Positions 1-8,871 of a stretch of DNA of 64,000 nt are shown piece after piece; positions within the stretch are counted from its first letter, which is position 1; the number at the start of each line of letters is the position of its first letter. Source of the DNA: Dehalococcoidia bacterium. GTDB lineage: Bacteria > Chloroflexota > Dehalococcoidia > Bin125. The stretch spans positions 160,001 through 224,000 of the forward strand of contig CAXXRD010000003.1 of the NCBI GenBank assembly GCA_963663895.2. Reading direction: 5' to 3'. Under the pieces are notes generated by a model. That model was not told where the DNA came from. It searched no databases and saw only the letters and a list, made by a program, of their open reading frames with translations. The position numbers and the translations under genes are program-made.

Positions 1-486
1 GGCATCGGAAGCGGCGGGGGGCGGCACAACTTGCGCGCCGGCTTTGACGCGGCGCGCCAACCGCACGGCCTCCGCAACGCTAAGCGGGCCGATCACGCGG
101 CCGTTGACCCAGACTTGGGGCGCCCGCTCGCAGGTTCCGTTGCACTGCCCCAGCCAGAGACCGTAAGCATCGTCAGGACCGTTCTCGCCGAGGCGGCATC
201 CGAGCTCGGCTTCGAGCACGGCCTTGATGGACCCGCCGCCCACGATGCGGCAGCTGGGACCGCTGCACCAGACGACGAGCGTGCTCGGGGGCGGGATCTC
301 ACGAAACTCGGAGTAGAAGGTGACGGGCCCGTACACTTGCGCTTCGCTGAGGCGCAGATGCTTGGCGACGATCGTTATCGCCTCGCGTGGAATCCAGCCG
401 AGTTCCTCTTGTACGAGATGCAGCGCGGGCAGCAACTGGCTGTGGGCACGTGGCAGCGCTTGGATCAGACCGGCGATGCGCTCGAT
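1..486 (-). CDS. NuoE/HoxE-like [2Fe-2S] subunit of an NAD(P)H-dependent oxidoreductase; runs off the left edge (not in the ORF track)
   Basis: Manual translation: IERIAGLIQALPRAHSQLLPALHLVQEELGWIPREA...VYGPVTFYSEF...VWCSGPSC...GQCNGTCERAPQVWVNG, with four Cys ligands (CxxxxC, CxxxC). In-frame TAA lies just upstream; AAGGAG lies 8 nt before an ATC codon at 486. Confidence 0.85.
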   Translation of the reverse strand, partial: MERIAGLIQALPRAHSQLLPALHLVQEELGWIPREAITIVAKHLRLSEAQVYGPVTFYSEFREIPPPSTLVVWCSGPSCRIVGGGSIKAVLEAELGCRLGENGPDDAYGLWLGQCNGTCERAPQVWVNGRVIGPLSVAEAVRLARRVKAGAQVVPPPAASDA

Positions 487-582
487 GGGAGATGCTCCTT
501 AGGCTTGCGCCCCGACGGCTTCAAGGAAGCGCCTAGGCTAGTGTAACCGGCGCTCGTTTCCGTCTCGAATGGCAGTGGCGCA

Positions 583-1638
583 TTATGCACCGGCCGACTC
601 GCCGCCCTCGGTGCCGGCAGAGGCGGGAACGAGGAGCGCGTCGACGAAGGCCGCCGGAGCGAAGGGGGCGAGGTCATCAAGACCTTCGCCGATACCGACG
701 AAGCGCACCGGCAGTCCCAGTTCCCGCGTCACGGCGAAAACGGTGCCGCCCTTGCTGGAACCATCCAGCTTGGCGAGGCAGACGGCGGTCACCCCCACCG
801 CCTCACGGAAGAGGCGCGCCTGGCTGAGACTGTTGCGGCCGGTGTTGGCGTCGAGCACGAGCAACACTTCGTGGGGGGCGCCCTGCACCCGCCCGGCGAT
901 CACACGGCGCACCTTGGCCAACTCGGCCATGAGGTTTCTCTTGGTCTGGAGACGGCCGGCTGTGTCGATCAGGACGAGCGCCGCGTCGCGGGCCACGGCC
1001 GCATCAAGCGCATCATAGGTGACGGCGCCGGGATCGGCGCCGGGAGCATGCGCGATCACAGCAGCTCCGACGCGTTCGCCCCAGTGACGCAACTGCTCCA
1101 CCGCGGCGGCGCGGAACGTATCTGCGGCGGCGATGACGACGTCATGGCCCTCGCCGCTGTAGGCGTGAGCCAGCTTCGCAATGGTGGTGGTCTTGCCAGC
1201 GCCGTTCACTCCAACCACAAGCACCACGTGGGGAAAAGGCGGCTCGGGTCGATCTCCCCTCACGACTCCAGGATCCCAGAGGGCGCCGCCAGGGGCGGCC
1301 GGAGAATCGCCGCGGTCGGGCGACCCCAGTAAGGCGATCAGATCATCGCGCAGACGCGCGCGCAGGGCGGCGGCACCGGCAACGTCGGCGGCGCGCAGAC
1401 GCTCGATCAGGAAGGTGGCGGTCGGCACGCCGAGGTCGGCCTCAATGAGGATCTCCTCAAGCTCATCCCAAAGCTCTTCGTTGATCGGACGGCGGCGCAG
1501 CACCGCTCCGATCCGTCCGATGGCGGAGCGGCGGCTGGGAGCGGTCACGCGCTCCATACGGCGCGCCAGCTCGGCCGCCTCGTCCTGCTGCGCTCCCAGG
1601 TCGGACTGGGCGTTACGACCGATGCGGAGCAGCCTCAC
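583..1638 (-). CDS. ftsY: SRP receptor GTPase FtsY
   Basis: LEEILIEADLG, GVNGAGKTTTIAKLA, AADTFRAAA, DTAGRLQT, KLDGSSKGG, GIGEGLDDL. Confidence 0.97.
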   Translation of the reverse strand: MRLLRIGRNAQSDLGAQQDEAAELARRMERVTAPSRRSAIGRIGAVLRRRPINEELWDELEEILIEADLGVPTATFLIERLRAADVAGAAALRARLRDDLIALLGSPDRGDSPAAPGGALWDPGVVRGDRPEPPFPHVVLVVGVNGAGKTTTIAKLAHAYSGEGHDVVIAAADTFRAAAVEQLRHWGERVGAAVIAHAPGADPGAVTYDALDAAVARDAALVLIDTAGRLQTKRNLMAELAKVRRVIAGRVQGAPHEVLLVLDANTGRNSLSQARLFREAVGVTAVCLAKLDGSSKGGTVFAVTRELGLPVRFVGIGEGLDDLAPFAPAAFVDALLVPASAGTEGGESAGA

Positions 1639-1664
1639 CGCAGAGCCTCGCCAGCGTCCGCGCG

Positions 1665-4600
1665 CTACTCAGCGAGGTCGAGCTCGGCCAGGCGCACGGA
1701 GAGGACACGGCTCACGGAGTCCTCCCCCATGGTGATGCCGTAGATGGCGTCGGCCTGTTCGATCGTGCGGCGATTATGCGTGATCACGACGAACTGAGTG
1801 CGCTTGGCCAGCTCCTTGAGGGCCGCTACGAAGCGATCGACGTTGGCTTCGTCCAAAGCGGCATCGACCTCGTCGAGGACGCAGAAGGGAGCGGGGTTGA
1901 CTTCCAGCACCGCGAAGAGCAGGGCGATGGCGGTGAGGGCGCGCTCCCCACCGGAGAGCATGGAGAGCGCCTCCACGCGCTTGCCGGGCGGCTGTGCCTC
2001 AAGCTCGACGCCCCCCTGATCCCAGTCGTCGTCCGTGATCGTGAGCTGCGCGTGTCCGCCGCGGAACATCGTCTTGAAGTAGCGCCGAAACTGCTCGTCG
2101 ACTTCCTCGAACGTCGCGCGGAAGGAGACACGGATCAGCCCAGTCAGTTCGGTCTCGATCTCCAGCATGCGGCGCTCAGCAGCTTCGAGGTCGGTGACTT
2201 GGCCACTGAGATAGGCATGCCGTTCGCTGATCTCCTTGTATTCGGCCGCCGCATCAACGTTGACGGTGCCAAGCCGGCGCAGGCGGGCGCGATTCTCTTC
2301 GACCAGCTCGCGCAGATCGTCGTCGGAGAGGCTGGCCATCTCGGGATCGTCGGCGACGGGAACGGGCAGTGATCCAAGGGAGCGCTCCACAGGCGCCTCG
2401 TCCACGGTCGCACCGTTCTCTTGATCTTCGCCCGCCCGCGAAGGAGCGGAAACGTCAGAGCCGCCCTCGACCACGGTGCGCGCGGCGGAGCGGTTCGCGT
2501 ATATCTGAGCGGCGGCGGGAGCGCGCTCCCCCATCCCCACGTCTCCTCGGCCGGGGGACCCCTCGGGAAGTGCGTCCAGCATGAGTATGCGGCCGCGGCC
2601 GTCGACATCGAACCCGTCGGTACGCATCGCTTCACGCAAGCGCTCGCGGGCCGCCTGGCTCTCCCCGAGCGCAGCCTTGGCGTTCAGCAGGGCGCGATCC
2701 GCAGCGAGCAACCCTTTCTGAGCGGCTTGCACGGTCTCGCGACGGGCGCTCTCTATGTCGGCGAGACGGGAAACGGCATCACGGTCCGGGCTAGCGGCGA
2801 GAGTGGCAGCGTGCTCCTCGCGCAGGTGAACGAGGTCGCGCTCGCGCCGGACGGTCTCCTCCGCGATCGCGGCGATCTCATGATCAACCTCTTGCAGCCG
2901 AGCGTTGCGCGCTTGGCGCTGCTCACGCATACGGACTTGGGCGGCGGCGCGGGCGCGCAAGGCCGCTTCGATCGTCTCGTGGCGGCCCGCGAGCGCGCTA
3001 TGGCGGGCCTCCGCCTCTCCGACGATCTGCGCATACTCACGACGGCGGCTGGCGAGCGCTGCGATCGCGGCAAGGGCCGGCCGTCGGCCTTCGATCGCGT
3101 CGATCTCGGCGTTGCGAGTCGCGGCCTCCTGACGGAGGCGCGCCTCTTCCTCCTCGATAGTGGCCAGGCGCGCGCGGGCGCGCGCGGCCTCCGCCTCCAT
3201 ACTCTCGAACTCGCCGCGCAAGCGAAGCGCTTCAGCGCGGCGGCCAGCGGCATCATCGATAGCGGCCGCGCGTTGCTCAGTCGTGTGCTCGGTTTCGGCC
3301 TCGGCGGCGCTGAGCTGGCGCTCGATATCGGCCAACTCGTCTTTCCGCTCTTCGTACTCGGCAGATTGCTGCAGGGATCGTTCGAGATCGGCGATCTCGC
3401 CGGGCAACGACTGCAGCTCACTCTCGCGGGCGAACGAGCTGCTCCTGGCCACCTCACCGCCGATGATGGCGCCGAGCGGACGCAACAGATGGCCTTCGCG
3501 AGTCACCACGCTACTCATCCCCCGCCCAAGGATCTGACGAGCGGCAGGAATGTCCTCCACAACGATGGTGCGACCGAGCACGCTGTCGATGAGGGGGCGA
3601 AAGCGATCGTCGCACTGAACGAGGGCGGATGCCGTGCCGATCACGCCGGACTCGCGCTGGAGCGCGAGCGGGCTTCGGTGCCGCAGCGTATCGAGCGGGA
3701 GCGTGACGATCCGTCCAGCGTGCTCACGCGAGAGCGCATCAATGACTTGGAGCGCTTGCTCGGCGTCATCGAAGACGACGGCATCCACGTAGTCCTCAAG
3801 GGCGGCCTCGATCGCGCGCTCAAGGCCACGGGGAACGCGCATCAAGTGGCGGAGCACGCCGAGCACGCCGGGAATGCCGGTGGGCTCGGCGCCACGGGGC
3901 ACGCCGCGACCGCCGAAGAGGGCGCGCAGCCCTTGGCGCATGCCCTCGCTTTCCGCCTGCATCGCGCGCAGGATCTCGAGTCGGTCACGCGCCGCCTGCA
4001 AGCGCCGCTCACGGGCGGCGCGTGCACTTTCCAAGTTGCGAATGTAGGCGGAAACGGCGTAGTAGCGCTGGACCAAGCCCTCGCGATTCTCGCGCGCTTG
4101 CTTGGCCGCGGCCGCGGCCGCGCTACTGGCCTCCTCGGCGCCCGTAGCGACAGCCTCGGCTTCCTCCAGCGCGGCTTGCATGGTTGATCGGCGCGCCTCC
4201 CCCGTATCGCCGCGAAGGCGCTCGCACTCGGCGGCGATATGATGCAAGCGCGCATCGTCCTCAGCATGAGCGCCACGGAGGCGAGCGAGATCTCCATCGA
4301 CCTCGATCAGCCGACCGCGGACCACTTCCTGCTCCGCATCGACCTGAGCGAGGCGGTCGCGGGCGGCGGTGAGCGCCTCTTCGGCTTCCCCGAGGGACCG
4401 TTCCAAGCTGGGGTCCAGCTCGATGGGGACATCGCGCGACGCTGCCGCGCCGTCGCGATCGAGCGCGCTCAGGTCCCGCCGCAGTTCGGCGGCGCGATCA
4501 GTAAGCAGGCGCCTGCGCTCCTCCGCCAGCGCCTGCTCCTGTTCGAGACGACGGACGTGATCGGCGCGGCGGCGCTGCTCGGCGGCAGCGCGCTCGCTCT

Positions 4601-5444
4601 CGAGGCGCGCAGCGCGTAGCTGGCTCTCGGCTTCCGTCGCCGCCTCTTCGGCATCACTCACGGCTTGCGCGGCGTCGCTCTGCTGGCGCTCGCGGAGTTC
4701 GAAGGTTTCGCGATCGCGCGCGCAACTATTGTCCGTATGCCGCCACTCGCGGCCATACCAGTCCGCGAGGGCACGACGGAGGTCGCGTTGGATCTCGGCA
4801 TGCTTGAGCGCGCGCTTGGCTTGGCGCTCGAGCGTGCGCATGCGCGGCTCGATCTCATCGAGCAGGAGGCGCACCTTGCCAAGATTCTCATGCGCCGCGC
4901 CCCGCTTGCGCTGCGCCTCTTCAATCCTGGCGCGGTGGCGGCGTACGTCGGCGACCTCTTCGATCAACGCACGGCGCTCCTCAGGACGGAGGCGGAGCAC
5001 CTTTTCGACCAGACCTTGGCCCAGGATCGCGTAAGAGCTCGGACCGAGTCCTCCGCGCAGGAAGAGCTCCTGGATGTCGCGCAGGCGCACCCGGCTGTTG
5101 TTGATGAAGAATTCGGAGTCGCCGTTGCGGTGCACACGGCGGGCGACGTTGACCTCGGTGAAGTCGAGCGGCAGCCAGCTGTCCTCGTTGTTGAGGGTAA
5201 TCCTGACCTCCGCCATGCCGGCCGGCGGCCGTTGATCAGAGCCGGCGAAGATCACTTCCTCCAGACGGCGCGTGCGCATCGCCTTGCCACTGTGCTCACC
5301 GAGCACCCAGCGCACGCCGTCCGTGATATTGGACTTGCCGGAGCCGTTGGGGCCAACGACGGCGGTGATCCCGGGATCGATCTCAACCACCGTCTTGCTC
5401 GCGAACGACTTGTACCCCTGGATCTCGATCTGCTTCAGGTGCAC
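1665..5444 (-). CDS. smc: Chromosome segregation protein SMC
   Basis: Probable GTG start at 5444 (MHLKQIEIQGYKSF); GPNGSGKSN Walker A, coiled coils, hinge, LSGGE signature, LDEVDAALDEAN, ITH. Confidence 0.97.
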   Translation of the reverse strand: MHLKQIEIQGYKSFASKTVVEIDPGITAVVGPNGSGKSNITDGVRWVLGEHSGKAMRTRRLEEVIFAGSDQRPPAGMAEVRITLNNEDSWLPLDFTEVNVARRVHRNGDSEFFINNSRVRLRDIQELFLRGGLGPSSYAILGQGLVEKVLRLRPEERRALIEEVADVRRHRARIEEAQRKRGAAHENLGKVRLLLDEIEPRMRTLERQAKRALKHAEIQRDLRRALADWYGREWRHTDNSCARDRETFELRERQQSDAAQAVSDAEEAATEAESQLRAARLESERAAAEQRRRADHVRRLEQEQALAEERRRLLTDRAAELRRDLSALDRDGAAASRDVPIELDPSLERSLGEAEEALTAARDRLAQVDAEQEVVRGRLIEVDGDLARLRGAHAEDDARLHHIAAECERLRGDTGEARRSTMQAALEEAEAVATGAEEASSAAAAAAKQARENREGLVQRYYAVSAYIRNLESARAARERRLQAARDRLEILRAMQAESEGMRQGLRALFGGRGVPRGAEPTGIPGVLGVLRHLMRVPRGLERAIEAALEDYVDAVVFDDAEQALQVIDALSREHAGRIVTLPLDTLRHRSPLALQRESGVIGTASALVQCDDRFRPLIDSVLGRTIVVEDIPAARQILGRGMSSVVTREGHLLRPLGAIIGGEVARSSSFARESELQSLPGEIADLERSLQQSAEYEERKDELADIERQLSAAEAETEHTTEQRAAAIDDAAGRRAEALRLRGEFESMEAEAARARARLATIEEEEARLRQEAATRNAEIDAIEGRRPALAAIAALASRRREYAQIVGEAEARHSALAGRHETIEAALRARAAAQVRMREQRQARNARLQEVDHEIAAIAEETVRRERDLVHLREEHAATLAASPDRDAVSRLADIESARRETVQAAQKGLLAADRALLNAKAALGESQAARERLREAMRTDGFDVDGRGRILMLDALPEGSPGRGDVGMGERAPAAAQIYANRSAARTVVEGGSDVSAPSRAGEDQENGATVDEAPVERSLGSLPVPVADDPEMASLSDDDLRELVEENRARLRRLGTVNVDAAAEYKEISERHAYLSGQVTDLEAAERRMLEIETELTGLIRVSFRATFEEVDEQFRRYFKTMFRGGHAQLTITDDDWDQGGVELEAQPPGKRVEALSMLSGGERALTAIALLFAVLEVNPAPFCVLDEVDAALDEANVDRFVAALKELAKRTQFVVITHNRRTIEQADAIYGITMGEDSVSRVLSVRLAELDLAE

Positions 5445-5451
5445 GATCGCA

Positions 5452-6207
5452 TCACCCTTGTGCAGCGGCCGGCGCCAGCGAGCGTAGCGCCGCTTCCGCA
5501 GCCAATTTCTCGGCGGCCTGCTTGCTCTTGCCCTCGCCGGTGGCGAGATCGCGGTCCCGCAAGCGGACCAAGACGGTGAACTCGCGCGCGTGGGCGGGGC
5601 CACGCTCGTCGATCGTGTGATACGTGGGGGCCGCATGCCAGCGACTTTGGCATGCTTCTTGGAGAAGCGTCTTCGGATCACGCTCAAAACCAGCGATGGC
5701 GATGGCGTCAAGCTCGGCGGCGAGCGCGCGAAGGACGAAACGCTGTGCGGACCTGATCCCTCCGTCGATGTAGACGGCGCCGATCAGCGCCTCGAAGGTA
5801 CGACCCAAGATGGCCGGTTGCTCACGCCCGTTCTGCGCGTCGATGCCCTTGCCGAGCACGATGTAGGAACCAAGGCCGTATTGCTCGGCAAGAAGGGCAA
5901 GGGTTTCGTTCCGCACGAGAAGCGATCGCACTTCGGTCAGCCAACCCTCACCCGCCGCAGGATAATCATCATAGAGGCGGCGGGAGATGATCTGATCGAG
6001 AACGGCGTCGCCGAGGAACTCCAAGCGCTCATTCGATTCGAGCAACTCTTGGGGGTTCTCGTTGAGATAGGAACGGTGGAGGAGCGCTTGACGCAGCAAG
6101 GCAGCGTTTTCGAAGCGGTAACCAAGGCGGCGGGTGAGCACGTCGAGTCGCCGGCCACCATGGGCACGCGAGAGGGCTGCAGGGTCGAGAACCATCCCTG
6201 CGGTCAC
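5452..6207 (-). CDS. rnc: Ribonuclease III
   Basis: QALLHRSY, SNERLEFLGDAVL, FEALIGAVYID, C-terminal dsRBD (DPKTLLQE...GKSKQAAE). Confidence 0.97.
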   Translation of the reverse strand: MTAGMVLDPAALSRAHGGRRLDVLTRRLGYRFENAALLRQALLHRSYLNENPQELLESNERLEFLGDAVLDQIISRRLYDDYPAAGEGWLTEVRSLLVRNETLALLAEQYGLGSYIVLGKGIDAQNGREQPAILGRTFEALIGAVYIDGGIRSAQRFVLRALAAELDAIAIAGFERDPKTLLQEACQSRWHAAPTYHTIDERGPAHAREFTVLVRLRDRDLATGEGKSKQAAEKLAAEAALRSLAPAAAQG

Positions 6208-6308
6208 GGCCAGGACTCCGAAAGGTTAATCATCAGCCGCTCAGACACATGCGCAGTTTATCTTCCCGTATCGCGGCACTCGATAGCCCGTCATCGCGAG
6301 TCAACATT

Positions 6309-7598
6309 ATGACGCGCGTGCCTCGCGCTTCGAGATCGGATCTGATCGAGCAGATCGAACGCACCTTCACGCACGAAGCGGCGACGCTCACCGGCGCCTG
6401 TGTCGACCAGTCGCAGCGCCACGGGGTGGCGCTCTATCTCGTGGGGGGAGCGCTGCGCGATCTGTTGCGCGGCCAGCCAGGTCCGATGCGCGAGATCGAT
6501 CTGGTCGTGGAGGGCGAGGTTGAAGCCATCGCTCGCGCCGCCGCGCAAGCAAGCAAAGCGGATCTCACGCTCTTTCCCCGCTTCCTGACCGCCCGCCTGC
6601 GGCTCGGCAGCGCGACCGTCGATCTTGCCAGCGCCCGACGCGAGCGCTACCCCGAGCCGGCAGCGTCACCCGTGGTGCGGCCCGCAGCGATCGAGGCCGA
6701 CCTGCCGCGACGGGACTTCAGTGTCAACGCCGTGGCGCTGGCGCTGACAAGCGCGCGCCGGAGCGAACTGTTGGACCCCTGTAGCGGGCTGGGCGACTTA
6801 CGCGCGCGGCGGATCCGTGTGCTGCACACGCGCTCGTTCATCCACGATCCCGCACGCCTCTTGAGAGCCTGCCGCTACGCCGCTCGCTTGGAAGGACGCC
6901 TCTCCCGCGAGACGATGCGGCTGCTGCGGCGCGACGCCAGTGGATTGCAAGGCCTGAGCCAGGAACGCTTCGGAGCAGAGTGGCGCCGACTCTTAGAGGA
7001 CAAGGCCGCAGACGGCGCGCTGCGGCGGGCGGTGGAGTGGGGCTTAACGGAGGCAGCGGTGCCGGGCTGGCGACCGGCACCGCGCCTGCGGCATGCCTGG
7101 GCGCGACTGGGCGGCAAGGAAAGACGCCAGAGCGAGCACTTCTGGGCCCTGCATGGCCTGGTGGAGGAACCAGCCCTGACACAGCGCGCCGCCACGCACT
7201 GTGCGCTGCGACGCAAAGAGCGACAAGCGCTGGAACGCGGCCTGTCCTTGCGACAGCGTCACTCACGGATCGCGGCGCGCTCGCTCGTCCCCAGCGCAGC
7301 GGCGACGTTTCTACGGGGAGAGCCGGAGTCAGTGATCGAGGCTGCTGCGGCCCTATGGACGGGACGCGCGAGGGAGCGGGTGCGGCGGTATCTAGACGCC
7401 TGGCGCGATGTCGAATCGCCGCTGAGCGCCGCGGACCTCGCAGCGCTGGGTCTGTGCGATGCCGCGCTCGGTACTTGGCGCGCCGAGCTCCGCGACGCCG
7501 TGCTCGACGGGGAGCTTTCAGAGGACGCCAGCGGGCGGAGCAGGAAGCAAGCAGCACGAAAGTGGGTGCGCCAAAAAGTAAGGCAACGGGTCGGATAG
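6309..7598 (+). CDS. CCA tRNA nucleotidyltransferase / poly(A) polymerase family protein
   Basis: YLVGGALRDLL, EIDLVVEG, DLASARRERY, DLPRRDFSVNA, SFIHDPARLLRA; start taken as ATG 6309 (ORF open from 6249). Confidence 0.88.
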   Translation: MTRVPRASRSDLIEQIERTFTHEAATLTGACVDQSQRHGVALYLVGGALRDLLRGQPGPMREIDLVVEGEVEAIARAAAQASKADLTLFPRFLTARLRLGSATVDLASARRERYPEPAASPVVRPAAIEADLPRRDFSVNAVALALTSARRSELLDPCSGLGDLRARRIRVLHTRSFIHDPARLLRACRYAARLEGRLSRETMRLLRRDASGLQGLSQERFGAEWRRLLEDKAADGALRRAVEWGLTEAAVPGWRPAPRLRHAWARLGGKERRQSEHFWALHGLVEEPALTQRAATHCALRRKERQALERGLSLRQRHSRIAARSLVPSAAATFLRGEPESVIEAAAALWTGRARERVRRYLDAWRDVESPLSAADLAALGLCDAALGTWRAELRDAVLDGELSEDASGRSRKQAARKWVRQKVRQRVG

Positions 7599-7605
7599 AA
7601 TCGGG

Positions 7606-7956
7606 ATGCACGGGAAGGCGGGGACGATGACCGGCACGAGCGAGCGCTGCCACGTCTGCGAGGAGGAGTCGGACGACTCCAACTCGGCGTATTGCTCGCA
7701 ATGCGGTCAGCGCTTTCATCTGGTGCTGACGAACACCTCCGACGGCGATGAGGGTGGTGCAACCGGCAAGGACTGTGGTGCCGTCTGGATCAACGACTCC
7801 ACGATGGCATTGGAGTTCAGCTGCCAGCGCTGCCTCGCCCAGATGGACGACAAATCTGCGTCAAGCCGTGAGGTTGCGAACGAGCCTCGCCGGCCGGGGC
7901 GCGCACGCAGGCAATCGGGGAGCGCGCGCGACATCGTGCGGCGCAAGATCGAATAG
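7606..7956 (+). CDS. Small Cys/His-rich zinc-finger protein (PHD/RING-like spacing)
   Basis: CHVC...CSQCGQRFHL...DC...CQRC; start may be ATG 7627. Confidence 0.75.
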   Translation: MHGKAGTMTGTSERCHVCEEESDDSNSAYCSQCGQRFHLVLTNTSDGDEGGATGKDCGAVWINDSTMALEFSCQRCLAQMDDKSASSREVANEPRRPGRARRQSGSARDIVRRKIE

Positions 7957-7959
7957 CGC

Positions 7960-8328
7960 GTGCCGCGTCAGCGTCGCCGGCGTCGACACCGTCCAACGGC
8001 AGCGCGACAGCGCACCGCAGACCCCACCACCGATCCCATAGAGGAGCAGGCTGCGCGGCCGACGGCGGGGGGGAGGCAGCGCGCGTGGTGGCTCCCCACC
8101 GTTGGCGTGTTCACCGCCTTCTTCGCCGGGTTGTGGCTGGGCGGAACGCTCTCGCTCACGGAGACCGTGAGCGCCGGGGCGCTGATCGCGGGAGCGGTGG
8201 GAACGGGAGTCGGGCTCGCCCGGCTCGTGCGGCAGGATCTGATCCGGCGGCGCCAGCGGCAGGCAGCGCTGGACCGGCAACGCGCGCAGGAGGAGCGGGA
8301 CCGGCTGATGCGGGAGCGCGTTCGCTAG
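7960..8328 (+). CDS. Small hypothetical membrane protein (two hydrophobic segments)
   Basis: WWLPTVGVFTAFFAGLWLGG and LIAGAVGTGVGLARL; begins 3 nt after the upstream stop. Confidence 0.65.
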   Translation: MPRQRRRRRHRPTAARQRTADPTTDPIEEQAARPTAGGRQRAWWLPTVGVFTAFFAGLWLGGTLSLTETVSAGALIAGAVGTGVGLARLVRQDLIRRRQRQAALDRQRAQEERDRLMRERVR

Positions 8329-8337
8329 CACCCTCGC

Positions 8338-8871
8338 TTACGAGAACTCGCGAAGCATCCACGTGCCTTCGCGATCGTCGCCATCGTGACCCAGGGCAAC
8401 GCTGGCGCGCGAGGGCGGAAGCGGACGATAGCCGAGACGCAACCAAAAGTAGAGCGCAACGCCGTTGGCGGCGGATACCCGCACGCGCGCGCGCCCGGCT
8501 CCCGCGCGGACGGCAGCCCGTTCGACCAGCGCGGCGGCGGCGGCGGCGAGGCCGCGCGCGCGCCACGCGGGTGCGACGGCGAGCCAACCCCATATGAGGT
8601 CACCTTGCGTGAGTCGCGCGCTGAGCGCGCCCACGGTACAGGGACCGTCGGACGAGCGGAGATCGATCCAGTAAGCGGCAGTGCCCTCTTGCATCTGGGC
8701 GCGGAGAGCCACGGGGCGCTCCTTGCCCAAGATCTCCTCCTCAGCCGCGGCAAGCCATTCCGGCGGCTCGTCGGTCAAGTCGGCGGGGACGATCGCACGC
8801 AGGCGCAGGCGCTTGGAGCGCAACTGGCGTGGCCATCGTCCCTCCCCTCCACCAGTCATCGGCGCAGCCAC
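8338..8871 (-). CDS. GNAT-family N-acetyltransferase
   Basis: LAVAPAWRARGLA (acetyl-CoA motif A), NGVALYFWLRLGY. Confidence 0.75.
   Translation of the reverse strand: MAAPMTGGGEGRWPRQLRSKRLRLRAIVPADLTDEPPEWLAAAEEEILGKERPVALRAQMQEGTAAYWIDLRSSDGPCTVGALSARLTQGDLIWGWLAVAPAWRARGLAAAAAALVERAAVRAGAGRARVRVSAANGVALYFWLRLGYRPLPPSRASVALGHDGDDREGTWMLREFS

Noticed and set aside
31-546. 171 aa + strand ORF
   Set aside because: Antisense shadow of the nuoE-like gene, which has clear motifs.
2421-4187. Long antisense ORFs here and at 8829-11072, 16481-18136, 44996-47329 and 58842-60815
   Set aside because: Shadow ORFs typical of high-GC DNA, opposite well-supported genes; no motifs.
5445-5711. N-terminal extension of SMC in the ORF track
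   Set aside because: Overlaps rnc; SMC homology begins at GTG 5444.
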